From contig JALDRA010000001.1 in assembly GCA_031316235.1 (NCBI GenBank), positions 1,680,001 through 1,712,000 of the forward strand: a stretch of DNA of 32,000 nt. The letters run 5' to 3'. The DNA is from Candidatus Scalindua sp. (lineage in GTDB: Bacteria; Planctomycetota; Brocadiia; Brocadiales; Scalinduaceae). The notes below the pieces were generated by a model. The model searched no databases. It was not told where the DNA came from and saw only the letters and a list, made by a program, of their open reading frames with translations. The translations under genes and the position numbers were made by a program. Within the stretch, counting starts at the first letter, position 1, and the number at the start of each line of letters is the position of its first letter. Positions 10,401 through 17,599 of the stretch are shown here, one piece after another.

Positions 10401-11241
10401 GGGTGAGGTTATCCGCAGTTGGATCCCCAGTGGTTTTGATCGCCCCGGTTCTCCCTCCTTCTAAAGGAGACGAAAAGGGGTTGTGTTTTCCGTTTTTCCC
10501 GTATCTTTCATCAATACTCTTTTGAAGGTCTGCAGCATTCCATTGATTTAAGACCTGTCTTATCTTTTCCCTGCTCTTCGGCGTGATTTTTTTTTCAGAA
10601 TAGACTCTTTTGATTTCTCCTATCAACTCCCGAATCGTTTCATACAAACGCATAATATCACGTGACAGATCAGGCGTAATTACCGCATCAGAAACGGGAA
10701 CACAACCATTCCTGATCTTCTCGTAAAGGAGTATCAGATTCTCCTTGAATGACTTTATCCTGCCTCTTTTTGAATCTGTCTGTTGCCAGAATATGTCGTT
10801 GAGAAACGTATCTATTGATCCTTTCTCTACCCACTTTTCCAGCGTCTCTTCCAGTGAGTACTCTTTTATTCTATTCGCTTCAAGTTCATCCATAACAGAA
10901 AACTGAGGGTCAACACCCGCTTCTATGGCGTTTTCTCTCAACAATCGGGCGCAGAAGCTGTGGATGGTGGAGAGAAAGGCAAACTCTATCTCCTGGCGCT
11001 CTTTCTCCATCCCTTTTTGCTCAAACGAGTTGGCAACCCTCATCTTCATTTCATTTGCTGCCTTTTCGGTAAAGGTGAGAGTCAGGATTTCATTGATTGA
11101 AGCCTTTCGTGTAACTACAAGATTGACAAAACGCTCCACCAGGACACTTGTCTTCCCTGATCCGGGGCCTGCTACCATACAGAGGTCCCTGTCCGTAATC
11201 TTCACACCCTTTTCTTGAGACGGAGTTAGTTTGCTTTCCAT
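7474..11241 (-). CDS. addA: AddA-type ATP-dependent helicase/nuclease (UvrD-like helicase plus C-terminal PD-(D/E)XK nuclease)
   Basis: 1255-aa ORF. It has Walker A AGPGSGKTSVLVERF, LTFTEKAANEM, ILVDEFQDTS, VGDAKQSIYGFRNA, TTHSAKGLEFPIV and RLLFVAMTRAQEHL. The C-terminal nuclease has GQIDLFYV...IVDYK plus Cys motifs FCPQRYYF ... CRWCEFEPIC. Confidence 0.85.
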   Translation of the reverse strand: MESKLTPSQEKGVKITDRDLCMVAGPGSGKTSVLVERFVNLVVTRKASINEILTLTFTEKAANEMKMRVANSFEQKGMEKERQEIEFAFLSTIHSFCARLLRENAIEAGVDPQFSVMDELEANRIKEYSLEETLEKWVEKGSIDTFLNDIFWQQTDSKRGRIKSFKENLILLYEKIRNGCVPVSDAVITPDLSRDIMRLYETIRELIGEIKRVYSEKKITPKSREKIRQVLNQWNAADLQKSIDERYGKNGKHNPFSSPLEGGRTGAIKTTGDPTADNLTLLLLNDVRAIHSSINLSVSNEVKHLLSSLREELETLVGLLVEGYSTRIKMVVRKFLMDFETAYGERKLSESFVDFTDLEEKTIALLQGNEYIRAEIQHRFKFILVDEFQDTSRLQKSIIDLIRGKENLFVVGDAKQSIYGFRNADVEIFQDMQKGMAPGSLIRLNENFRSRPQVLDFINHLFGKLWPESVHGEHEDCNAQKDTSSSSTPSLHNSHQLEAGAQFSEKSLPSIEIVVVDGADKIRARRRESTEIANRIKEIVEQGEIKITNQKEEGRKVSYRDFAILFRSTTDIKLYEQSLLQSEIPYYVVSGRGFFNTTEIKDLINFLKVVESPLDEIDLAAVLKSPFVGIDDDALFWLSDHAHHNHAAHKNREGAHRKLQKRLLYQVLTDVEAIQEIDTGSKERIVQFTKLLHEVQDLKPRVSLWQLISFILKKTEFQSKMLLFSNGKKRYANLLKLVDLCKSQEDFEPLALRDFITIVEGYKFREIRESEAPVESEEDDVVKLITTHSAKGLEFPIVIVADLDRDNTRPSDYFVFSKKYGISFKTMNPSTSEAEVPLSYEQIRNEISQKELQESKRLLFVAMTRAQEHLILTGGTSKSKAKGDKDSGNWLSYVVSILCLDKDHDETLKTIRLNKEGQDPSQTLEIRYTSINGEDDGGLTTSSGQRVSEGVKETKRVKLLTQYKKEIETGNEIKTPSPQKIIADAGKNIISMVNCTVPADHSHYLYTVTEILTFHFCPQRYYFNSILGLQGVQERDWSGPDREGDRSEKNDDEIPSNELGNIVHRIFKRYHFSDNSRKLKDYIERELLITGLDPCQKSIDTITNWVLSFYRSSVGEEVKASKCQKREISFIFHCQGFPIRGQIDLFYVTDENSVKIVDYKANNITVGEIPDKIKHYRIQMQLYARALEAVYGEKVDEAILYFLVPDRSVIIDTSVHARRELDTTLDKFFSAHKDGDFEKVSGGKCRWCEFEPICK
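11175..11228. repeat. Left copy of the 54-bp direct repeat (inside the addA 5' end, codons 5-22)
   Basis: ccatacagaggtccctgtccgtaatcttcacacccttttcttgagacggagtta is repeated at 17600-17653, an offset of 6425 bp. There is one mismatch (11194 c versus 17619 a), which is synonymous in the addA frame (ACG/ACT Thr). Confidence 0.95.
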
Positions 11242-11375
11242 AAATTAGTTCCATTCAGCCATGACAACGAGACCCTCTTTCAGGGGATCAGATAAAAATG
11301 GCTCTGTTTTTCTTCAACCAGCACGTTTTGTATACGACAGGTTTGAAAGCTGCACGTATAATAGTATAATGTAAT

Positions 11376-11524
11376 TAGTGTCTGAACGAAAACCCTGTGT
11401 TTGAATGAAAAGTGCCCAGGTACAAGGCACGTAACAATATCGTAACCGGAACGTACAATTGTACTTGAGGATTTCAAAATTGTTACAGCAACGTAGTAGA
11501 TGGGTAGTTTTCGTTCAAACACTA
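11376..11524. repeat. MITE-like element, family A, copy 2 (149 bp)
   Basis: Termini tagtgtctgaacgaaaac / gttttcgttcaaacacta form an 18-nt inverted repeat with 1 mismatch. It is alignable throughout with 955-1103. It lies about 135 bp upstream of the addA start and accounts for the spurious 80-aa track ORF 11280..11522. Confidence 0.7.
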
Positions 11525-11612
11525 ATTACTAAAATTTCACCTATTAATAATATACAAATCATACTATAGAACAATATTCAGTATTTCAATAGAAACCTCC
11601 CTGTTATTAGTA

Positions 11613-11641
11613 TTGACAACGGATTTGGCATTACATAAAAT
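11613..11641 (+). promoter_or_regulatory. Near-consensus sigma-70-type promoter reading rightward into the island
   Basis: TTGACA (11613-11618), a 17-nt spacer, then TAAAAT (11636-11641). This is a motif match only. Confidence 0.35.
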
Positions 11642-11659
11642 TCCGATTGTTGCAGAATA

Positions 11660-11771
11660 TATACTTAAACCGATTTGGTTTTCGGCTTTACCGGAAACCA
11701 AATCTTGGTGAAGGTATACTCGCTCAATTTTATTTCGGATTTTATCCGAAAACCATTATGAGATGAGTATA
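11660..11771. repeat. MITE-like element, family B, copy 2 (112 bp)
   Basis: Near-identical to 5090-5201. Confidence 0.7.
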
Positions 11772-11842
11772 GATAAAAATGCATGGCAAGGATAAAAAGG
11801 GAGCTTATTCTGATTCAACAGCATCTAATCGTATCTTTTTGA

Positions 11843-12462
<620 letters not shown>

Positions 12463-12558
12463 TGAATGGGCTACAGTTTTTCCTAGATAAACCTGTGATT
12501 TTTCGTAATATACACATTGACCTTAATATCAAACTTTCCGAAGCGGGGAATGTAGCCG

Positions 12559-12582
12559 GATAATAACCATTTTGGAAAATGT
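12559..12582. repeat. Left copy of a 24-bp direct repeat (extended similarity 12547-12582)
   Basis: gataataaccattttggaaaatgt versus gataataaccattgtggaaaatgt at 16832-16855 (1 mismatch). Looser similarity extends about 12 bp to the left (ggaatgtagccg / ggatgtaatca). Confidence 0.8.
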
Positions 12583-12893
12583 GTCGTATTTTGTTGATTA
12601 GTTTTATTGCTATTGATCGTCCTGATGATTGGCGAGATACAAAAATTCATGTGAACAGGGGAATATTGGAGAAAAATCATTATAAGGTTCCGGAAACGGT
12701 TAGAAACTTTATGTATTACAAAGCTAAGAGAGGACAAAAAGTATTAAGGTCAATGTCTGACCGTCAATGGGATCGCATAGGTCAAGATTATAAGAAAAAC
12801 CCTGAGAAGTTTCGAGACTCTGAAATGTTTCACGCTATTACACGTGATTCTATAATGTTTGGAGATGAAGCATTTGATGATCTCAGAAAATAA
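12579..12893 (+). CDS. Hypothetical protein (104 aa; start uncertain)
   Basis: An ORF only, with no motif I recognise (…KAKRGQKVLRSMSDRQWDRIGQDYKKNPEKFRDSEMFHAITRDS…). It begins inside the 24-bp repeat. It could be a gene fragment. Confidence 0.3.
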   Translation: MCRILLISFIAIDRPDDWRDTKIHVNRGILEKNHYKVPETVRNFMYYKAKRGQKVLRSMSDRQWDRIGQDYKKNPEKFRDSEMFHAITRDSIMFGDEAFDDLRK

Positions 12894-12911
12894 CAAAAGA
12901 TAACAAACGGA

Positions 12912-12925
12912 TGCATTCGAATGCA
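12912..12925. repeat. Perfect 14-bp palindrome tgcattcgaatgca
   Basis: Read directly from the sequence. It lies 19 bp after the stop of the 12579..12893 ORF. It may be a protein-binding site or a loop-less hairpin. Confidence 0.4.
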
Positions 12926-13024
12926 CACCAGCGGTGACGATTTATTTGCGACGTTAAATATTTTCACCTATATCTGCAACCGTCCAAACTGATTTGAAAC
13001 TCTACGGTGTATCATTCCTGATTT

Positions 13025-13032
13025 TGTATAAT
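13025..13032 (+). promoter_or_regulatory. Extended -10 element (TGTATAAT) upstream of the TIR/caspase operon
   Basis: TGnTATAAT-type motif about 150 nt upstream of the TIR gene start. There is no good -35. This is a motif match only. Confidence 0.25.
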
Positions 13033-13183
13033 ACCCTTATTGTGAACGTCTTATAAGGGCACCATATGCTGTATTATTTTCTTGGAACAGAAATTTGTCA
13101 TGCTATCCGAAATATATGGCAGCTGTATATTTCTGATAGCACAGTTGCAGTCCATTTGACTGTTGAACGGCAAATTGAATCAA

Positions 13184-13570
13184 ATGTTTATGTGTTTAAC
13201 AACTAACAAAAAGGTTATCTTTGTGGCATTTGCTATCGAAGACGAAAGGCAAAGAGATTTTCTTAAAGGTCAATCTTTAAACACAGATTCGCCATTCGAG
13301 TACATTGATATGTCAGTAAAAAATGCATACGATTCAGAATGGAAAGAACGTGTTCGCACACGTATTCGTCGTTCAGATGGCGTCATTGCGCTTGTAAGTA
13401 AAAATTCCTTTACGTCAAGCGGTCAAAAATGGGAAATTTCATGTGCCAAAGAGGAAAAGAAAAAGATTCTTGGCATTTGGGCCTACAAAGATGACCGGAC
13501 AAACCTTGTCGGTGTGAATACTGTGGTTTGGACATGGCCCGCAATAAAGAAATTCATCGATAGCCTTTAA
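13184..13570 (+). CDS. ThsB-like TIR domain protein (DUF1863 / MTH538 TIR-like family)
   Basis: KKVIFVAFAIEDERQRDF...SEWKERVRTRIRRSDGVIALVSKNSFTSSGQKWEISCAKEEKKKILGIWAYKD is collinear with Bacillus ThsB as I remember it (KRVFFSFHYQD ... TCVLIGSQTFNRRWVRYEIMKSIEKGNKIIGIH). That includes the catalytic Glu (KWEI, codon 13433-13435). The start is uncertain: TTG 13163, ATG 13184 or ATG 13190. Confidence 0.75.
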   Translation: MFMCLTTNKKVIFVAFAIEDERQRDFLKGQSLNTDSPFEYIDMSVKNAYDSEWKERVRTRIRRSDGVIALVSKNSFTSSGQKWEISCAKEEKKKILGIWAYKDDRTNLVGVNTVVWTWPAIKKFIDSL

Positions 13571-13588
13571 AAACCGGAGGTATTTTAT

Positions 13589-14563
13589 ATGCGAATAGCA
13601 CTTATCGTAGGTATCAACTGCTACGAGCATGGTAGCAACCTATTTGGTTGTGTGGACGATGCACATGCCGTCAAAGCGATTTTGGAACGCCACGATGGTG
13701 GCGCTGTGAACTTCGATTGTCGATTACTCACCGGTACAGGTCTAAGTGATCGAGTAGATCGTAGTGAGTTAAAAGATCAGATTGAGGAGCTTTTCAAACC
13801 CGATGCAGAAATTGCTCTATTTTATTTTGCTGGACATGGCCATATCGAAGCGTCGGGGGGCTATCTTCTTGCAACAGACTCTAAACGTGGTGATGATGGA
13901 GTGTCTCTTTCCGAAATTTTGAATTTTGCAAACACTTCGCCAGCAAAAAACAAGGTCATTGTATTGGACAGCTGTCACTCAGGTATCGCAGGCACACCTC
14001 CAACCGGTGATCAGTTGGCCTCATTATCAGAAGGCCTTACCGTTCTAACCGCATCCACAAAAGATCAGTACGCAACTGAAGAGAACGGCCGTGGCGTATT
14101 TACATCTCTCTTTGTGGACGCACTATCTGGGAGTGCGGCCAACCTGACTGGCGATATTACTCCAGGTAGTGTATACGCTCACATAGATCAATCGCTGGGA
14201 GCATGGGAGCAACGACCAGTATTTAAGACTAATGTCAAACAATTCGTTTCATTGCGGAAATCATCACCTATGATAGAAATTTCTGATTTAAGACGATTAA
14301 CAGAGTTTTTTTCTGCTCCTGGGGCTGAGTATGCACTTGATCCTACTTATGAGCCTGAGATGAAAGGTCGAGATGCGGGAATGCCTTTGCCAGACCCTGA
14401 TAACACTCGCATTTTTGCAGTCTTGCAACGTTACAATCGTCTAAACCTTCTTGTCCCAGTCAATGCTCCACATATGTGGAACGCTGCCATGGAGAGTAAG
14501 TCTTGCAGACTTACAGCACTCGGAGAACACTATAGAAGATTGGTAGAAAATAACCGAATATAA
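13589..14563 (+). CDS. Caspase-like protease (peptidase C14 domain) with an uncharacterised C-terminal domain
   Basis: 324 aa. GGAGG at 13575-13579 precedes the ATG, and the gap after the TIR gene stop is 18 bp. The N-terminal half is [10 protein letters not shown]...CVDDAHAV...[11 protein letters not shown] (His codon 13835-13837) ...[11 protein letters not shown] (Cys codon 13973-13975), which is the canonical caspase/metacaspase His-Cys dyad context. Residues about 175-324 carry no motif I recognise. Confidence 0.8.
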   Translation: MRIALIVGINCYEHGSNLFGCVDDAHAVKAILERHDGGAVNFDCRLLTGTGLSDRVDRSELKDQIEELFKPDAEIALFYFAGHGHIEASGGYLLATDSKRGDDGVSLSEILNFANTSPAKNKVIVLDSCHSGIAGTPPTGDQLASLSEGLTVLTASTKDQYATEENGRGVFTSLFVDALSGSAANLTGDITPGSVYAHIDQSLGAWEQRPVFKTNVKQFVSLRKSSPMIEISDLRRLTEFFSAPGAEYALDPTYEPEMKGRDAGMPLPDPDNTRIFAVLQRYNRLNLLVPVNAPHMWNAAMESKSCRLTALGEHYRRLVENNRI

Positions 14564-14641
14564 TAGGAGCGTATGCCGCCCAACTATATATTTAGTTGCC
14601 AGGTTAATAAGTGAGGCGTTACGATTTTGTTAAGTTTTGAA

Positions 14642-15208
14642 TTATTTGGCCGCTTTTTGGCTTTCTCGAATGTAGCTATAAAGCGTTGGTTTTGAAATTC
14701 GCATCAGTTCGCAAATTTTGCCAACGGTCATTTTTTTCTCGAGGTAAAGATTTACAGCAACGCCCCGCTTTTCCTTATCCAGTGTCTTACGACGACCACC
14801 ACGACGGCCGCGCGCGCGAGCAGCAGCTAAACCGGCCTGCGTTCGCTCTTGGATAAGGTTGCGCTCGAATTCCGCAAGTGCGCCAAATAGATGAAATGTG
14901 AGTTTTCCGGTAGGAGTGCTGGTATTAATGGTTTCATGGAGGCTTTCGAGGCCCACGCCCTTTTTATCGAGATAGCGCACCCACTCAATAAGGTCACGCA
15001 ATGACCTACCCAGCCGATCAAGCCGCCAAACCACAAGAGTGTCACCCTTGCGCAATAGCTCTTTTGCTTTCTCTAAGCCTGGGCGTTTGGCTACTGTGCC
15101 GCTAACCTTGTCGATGAGTACCTTTTCACATCCGGCTTTCTTCAAAGCTTTCTTTTGCATATCAGTATTTTGTTCAAGGGTTGAAACCCGAGCATAACCG
15201 ATCTTCAT
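14642..15208 (-). CDS. Small serine recombinase (resolvase/DNA-invertase family)
   Basis: MKIGYARVSTLEQNTDMQ (catalytic Ser), GDTLVVWRLDRLGRS, FGALAEFERNLIQERTQAGLAAARARG, and a C-terminal HTH (TVGKICELMRISKPTLYSYI). It is collinear with Hin/Gin and Tn3-type resolvases and about 188 aa long. The track start TTG 15223 is replaced by ATG 15208. Confidence 0.9.
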   Translation of the reverse strand: MKIGYARVSTLEQNTDMQKKALKKAGCEKVLIDKVSGTVAKRPGLEKAKELLRKGDTLVVWRLDRLGRSLRDLIEWVRYLDKKGVGLESLHETINTSTPTGKLTFHLFGALAEFERNLIQERTQAGLAAARARGRRGGRRKTLDKEKRGVAVNLYLEKKMTVGKICELMRISKPTLYSYIRESQKAAK

Positions 15209-15331
15209 GGCAGGTACTTCCAAATAGTAAAAAAACTCGAAAATCTTTTTTGAATTGTTACTTAGATTACTTTACTGGCTATCTTGCCTTTTTATGCCAC
15301 CAAATACAAGGTAAAAACCGGTATTAGCATG

Positions 15332-15361
15332 TAGTAAAACAAACCCCCGTTTTCTTTACTA
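15332..15361. promoter_or_regulatory. Candidate recombinase binding/crossover site (imperfect palindrome TAGTAAA-N16-TTTACTA)
   Basis: tagtaaaacaaacccccgttttctttacta, about 125 bp upstream of the recombinase start. Related half-sites lie nearby (tagtaaaaaaac 15225-15236, ttacttag 15258-15265, tttact 15271-15276). The assignment is by analogy to res/hix site architecture. Confidence 0.3.
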
Positions 15362-15448
15362 GGGTTTCATGGTGTGGGGATAGGATAATAAACAGCTTTA
15401 GGAGAAGGGCTTCGCGGCATTGCTGCCCGGATGTGGTCTTGAAACCTG

Positions 15449-15751
15449 TCAATCATCGAACATAGTTTCTATGTCTCTGTGGCCTTCAATAATAGTTACA
15501 ATATCCAAATAGTCATTATTGTACATGAAGAAAATGACATAGTTGCCATGCACAAAACTGCGCAGCCCTTCCATTAATTGCGGCCTTGGCCGTCCTATTT
15601 TTCCGGGCAGGCGAGCCAGATTTCTACATTGTTGGCGTAGTTTGTCTGTGTATTGTAAAGCGATTTGTAGACTGCCGCTTTCTTTGGCAATGTATCTTTT
15701 AATTTGAATAAGATCGTCTTTAGCTTGATCCAGATAGCGCAATTTATGCAT
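15449..15751 (-). CDS. parE: ParE/RelE-family type II toxin
   Basis: 100 aa. It has A..DL..I..YI near the N-terminus and a HGNYVIFFMY...LDIVTIIEGHRD C-terminus, typical of ParE. It lies 11 bp downstream of the ParD gene. Confidence 0.8.
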   Translation of the reverse strand: MHKLRYLDQAKDDLIQIKRYIAKESGSLQIALQYTDKLRQQCRNLARLPGKIGRPRPQLMEGLRSFVHGNYVIFFMYNNDYLDIVTIIEGHRDIETMFDD

Positions 15752-15762
15752 ACGAAGACTTT

Positions 15763-15990
15763 CTATTGGCCTTTATCATTGGCGAGGGCTTCTCCTATAT
15801 CGTCATCGCTATTGCTTCCACCACGCTTAATTGCTGTGCCAATATGTTTTCTTAATGCTTTTAGTTTAGCTTCTCTCTCTTCTACAAGTCGTAAACCTTC
15901 ACGCACTACCTCACTGGCGTTATTGTAACGTCCTGCTTTTACCTGATTACGAATAAATTTGTTGAAATGTTCACCTATTGCAAAACTCAT
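15763..15990 (-). CDS. parD: ParD-family (CC2985-type) antitoxin
   Basis: 75 aa. FIRNQVKAGRYNNASEVVREGLRLVEEREAKLKALR is the conserved ribbon-helix-helix ParD signature. AGGAGG precedes the ATG. Confidence 0.85.
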   Translation of the reverse strand: MSFAIGEHFNKFIRNQVKAGRYNNASEVVREGLRLVEEREAKLKALRKHIGTAIKRGGSNSDDDIGEALANDKGQ

Positions 15991-16345
15991 GATAATTACC
16001 TCCTAGTTCATTGTAACAACTGTTGGCAACTATTGGAAGTATATTTTTACTCTGTTTCCTCTTAAATCTCCTTCATCCGGTTTTATCAAAGTTATGATTT
16101 CTTTTACCCAAAGCAAGTCACGTGTCAATATCCTGCCCGCTCCAAGTATCCGTGTTGGTTGACACTTTGGCTTTTTGCTCCGTGTTGCATTCCTCATAAC
16201 ACTTTTGTTAAAACCTAAAATGAAGTATGGGGATTGGGGTCAAACCTTGATCAGTGATTTAGTCCTTGGTATTAATTTTAGTCGGCGGTCGGGCCGCGCT
16301 AACGTGTTTATATGTAATGAGAGATAATTAAAAAGGGGTCATATA

Positions 16346-16405
16346 TAGGGCTATAATGCTCTTTTTAGGGTTAGAATGGTGACTTTAGGGTAAAAGTAAG
16401 TAAAT
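16346..16405 (+). repeat. Three iteron-like direct repeats with exact 20-bp spacing
   Basis: TAGGG occurs at 16346, 16366 and 16386. The units are tagggctataatgctctttt / tagggttagaatggtgactt / tagggtaaaagtaagtaaat. They sit in a 940-bp stretch with no credible ORF. Confidence 0.5.
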
Positions 16406-16791
16406 GAGAGCAAGGGGGCAAGTCTGGCGATGGCTAAATTGTTTATAATGTATAATACATCTGCTATTAATCAGTAACTTTTTGATGAAACCGGGTCACC
16501 CTTAACTACAAAGTTTTGATGCCTAAATATGCCAATCTTGGCAAGCCTCTACGGATTGAATTTTCGCGGGTTCATGGTGTCCTGTTATAAGTCGAGGCGC
16601 AAACTGAAAACAGATATTTTCCAGGGATTCTTCTTCTGTCTTTTGAATGCTTACTTTGTATCGCATGAATTTCTCCAAATTATTGTACTTCCAAACCAAT
16701 AAACCTCTTTTTTATAATGCTTTTCAGATTTATTAATATTAAGATAGCATTATCCTGTACATAGTCAATATTAATCTAACGTATTTTTCAG

Positions 16792-16819
16792 TTAGTAATC
16801 TAGGGTTTGGCATTACTAA
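16792..16819. promoter_or_regulatory. 28-bp palindromic site TTAGTAAT-N12-ATTACTAA (second candidate recombinase site)
   Basis: Perfect 8-bp inverted arms. It shares the TAGTAA/TTACTA arms and a CTAGGGTTT / AAACCC core with the 15332-15361 site. It lies 12 bp left of the right 24-bp direct repeat. Confidence 0.3.
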
Positions 16820-16831
16820 AGGATGTAATCA

Positions 16832-16855
16832 GATAATAACCATTGTGGAAAATGT
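16832..16855. repeat. Right copy of the 24-bp direct repeat
   Basis: See 12559-12582. Confidence 0.8.
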
Positions 16856-16931
16856 ATAAGGGAATTCTGGTACATTTTAGCTGTACTTATAATGCAGTAT
16901 ATGATACGCTGCAAACAAAGGAGGTTAGATT

Positions 16932-17222
16932 ATGGCGCGAATTGATATTGATGATCCCTATACGGCTTTTCTGGAAAGTCAGGTTAAAGCCGGGCTTTTT
17001 AGTTCTATTTCGGAAGCTGCACGCGATGCAATCCGCAAGCAAATGGAAGAGCACGAAAAACGAAGAGTTACCTCTATTTATGCCGCAATTGCAAAAGGTG
17101 AAGACTCTATACAAGCCGGTCGGACATTACCTTACTCACAAAACCTTATGGCAGAAATATCTAAAAAAGGGAAACAAGCTGCGCTTGCTGAAAAGTCTGT
17201 AAAACATGAAATCAGGCCATAA
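16932..17222 (+). CDS. parD: ParD-family antitoxin (second copy, divergent)
   Basis: 96 aa. FLESQVKAGLFSSISEAARDAIRKQMEEHE matches the ParD/CC2985 signature. AAGGAGG at 16918-16924 precedes the ATG. This is preferred over the overlapping track ORF 16843..17202. Confidence 0.75.
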   Translation: MARIDIDDPYTAFLESQVKAGLFSSISEAARDAIRKQMEEHEKRRVTSIYAAIAKGEDSIQAGRTLPYSQNLMAEISKKGKQAALAEKSVKHEIRP

Positions 17223-17524
17223 ATATGCCTTAGAGTTATCAGAATAAGCTTTTGATGACCTTGTTAATATCCAGAACTAACCTATAGCGTTCATGGTGAA
17301 AATCAGTGGAAAAATTATGAGGGTCTTTTAGACAAAGCTATGCTCCAGATATTGGATAATCCCTTTTCTGTCCATGTCCGTGACGATATACCAAAAGGCT
17401 ATCAAGCCTGGAACGTAGAGGCGGACACGTCATGATTTACCGCGTTGCAGAGGATACAATATATATCGTTCGAGTTCTACACGGCCGCATGGACTTTAGT
17501 TTTCAATTCGATTCAAAGTATTAA
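17206..17524 (+). pseudogene. parE: Decayed ParE-family toxin gene
   Basis: ATG 17206 overlaps the ParD 3' end. The reading is MKSGHKYALELSE-stop(17245)-AFDDLVNIQN-stop(17278). A frameshift leads to YSVHGENQWKNYEGLLDKAMLQILDNPFSVHVRDDIPKGYQAWNVEADTS-stop. A second frameshift leads to HVMIYRVAEDTIYIVRVLHGRMDFSFQFDSKY-stop (17524). Pieced together, this is a full-length ParE. Confidence 0.75.
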
Positions 17525-17599
17525 GGCTAAGGCACCCGTTATTTCCCGTAAGTTATCTTATCACACAACACAATCACATACACACAACTCAATACAATC

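Noticed and set aside
11280-11522. 80-aa minus-strand ORF upstream of addA
   Set aside because: It is almost entirely made of the family A repeat element, whose other copy (955-1103) has no equivalent open frame.
16500-16670. Possible HicB-like antitoxin remnant on the minus strand (MRYKVSIQKTEEESLENI...)
   Set aside because: Only the first 13 residues or so and an EE(A)LENI stretch resemble HicB. The rest is unrecognisable and I could not reconstruct a HicA partner. The evidence is too thin for a feature call.
16843-17202. 119-aa (+) and 75-aa (-) ORFs overlapping the second parD
   Set aside because: The ParD frame (16932..17222) has a strong Shine-Dalgarno sequence and a family signature, and the overlapping frames have neither.
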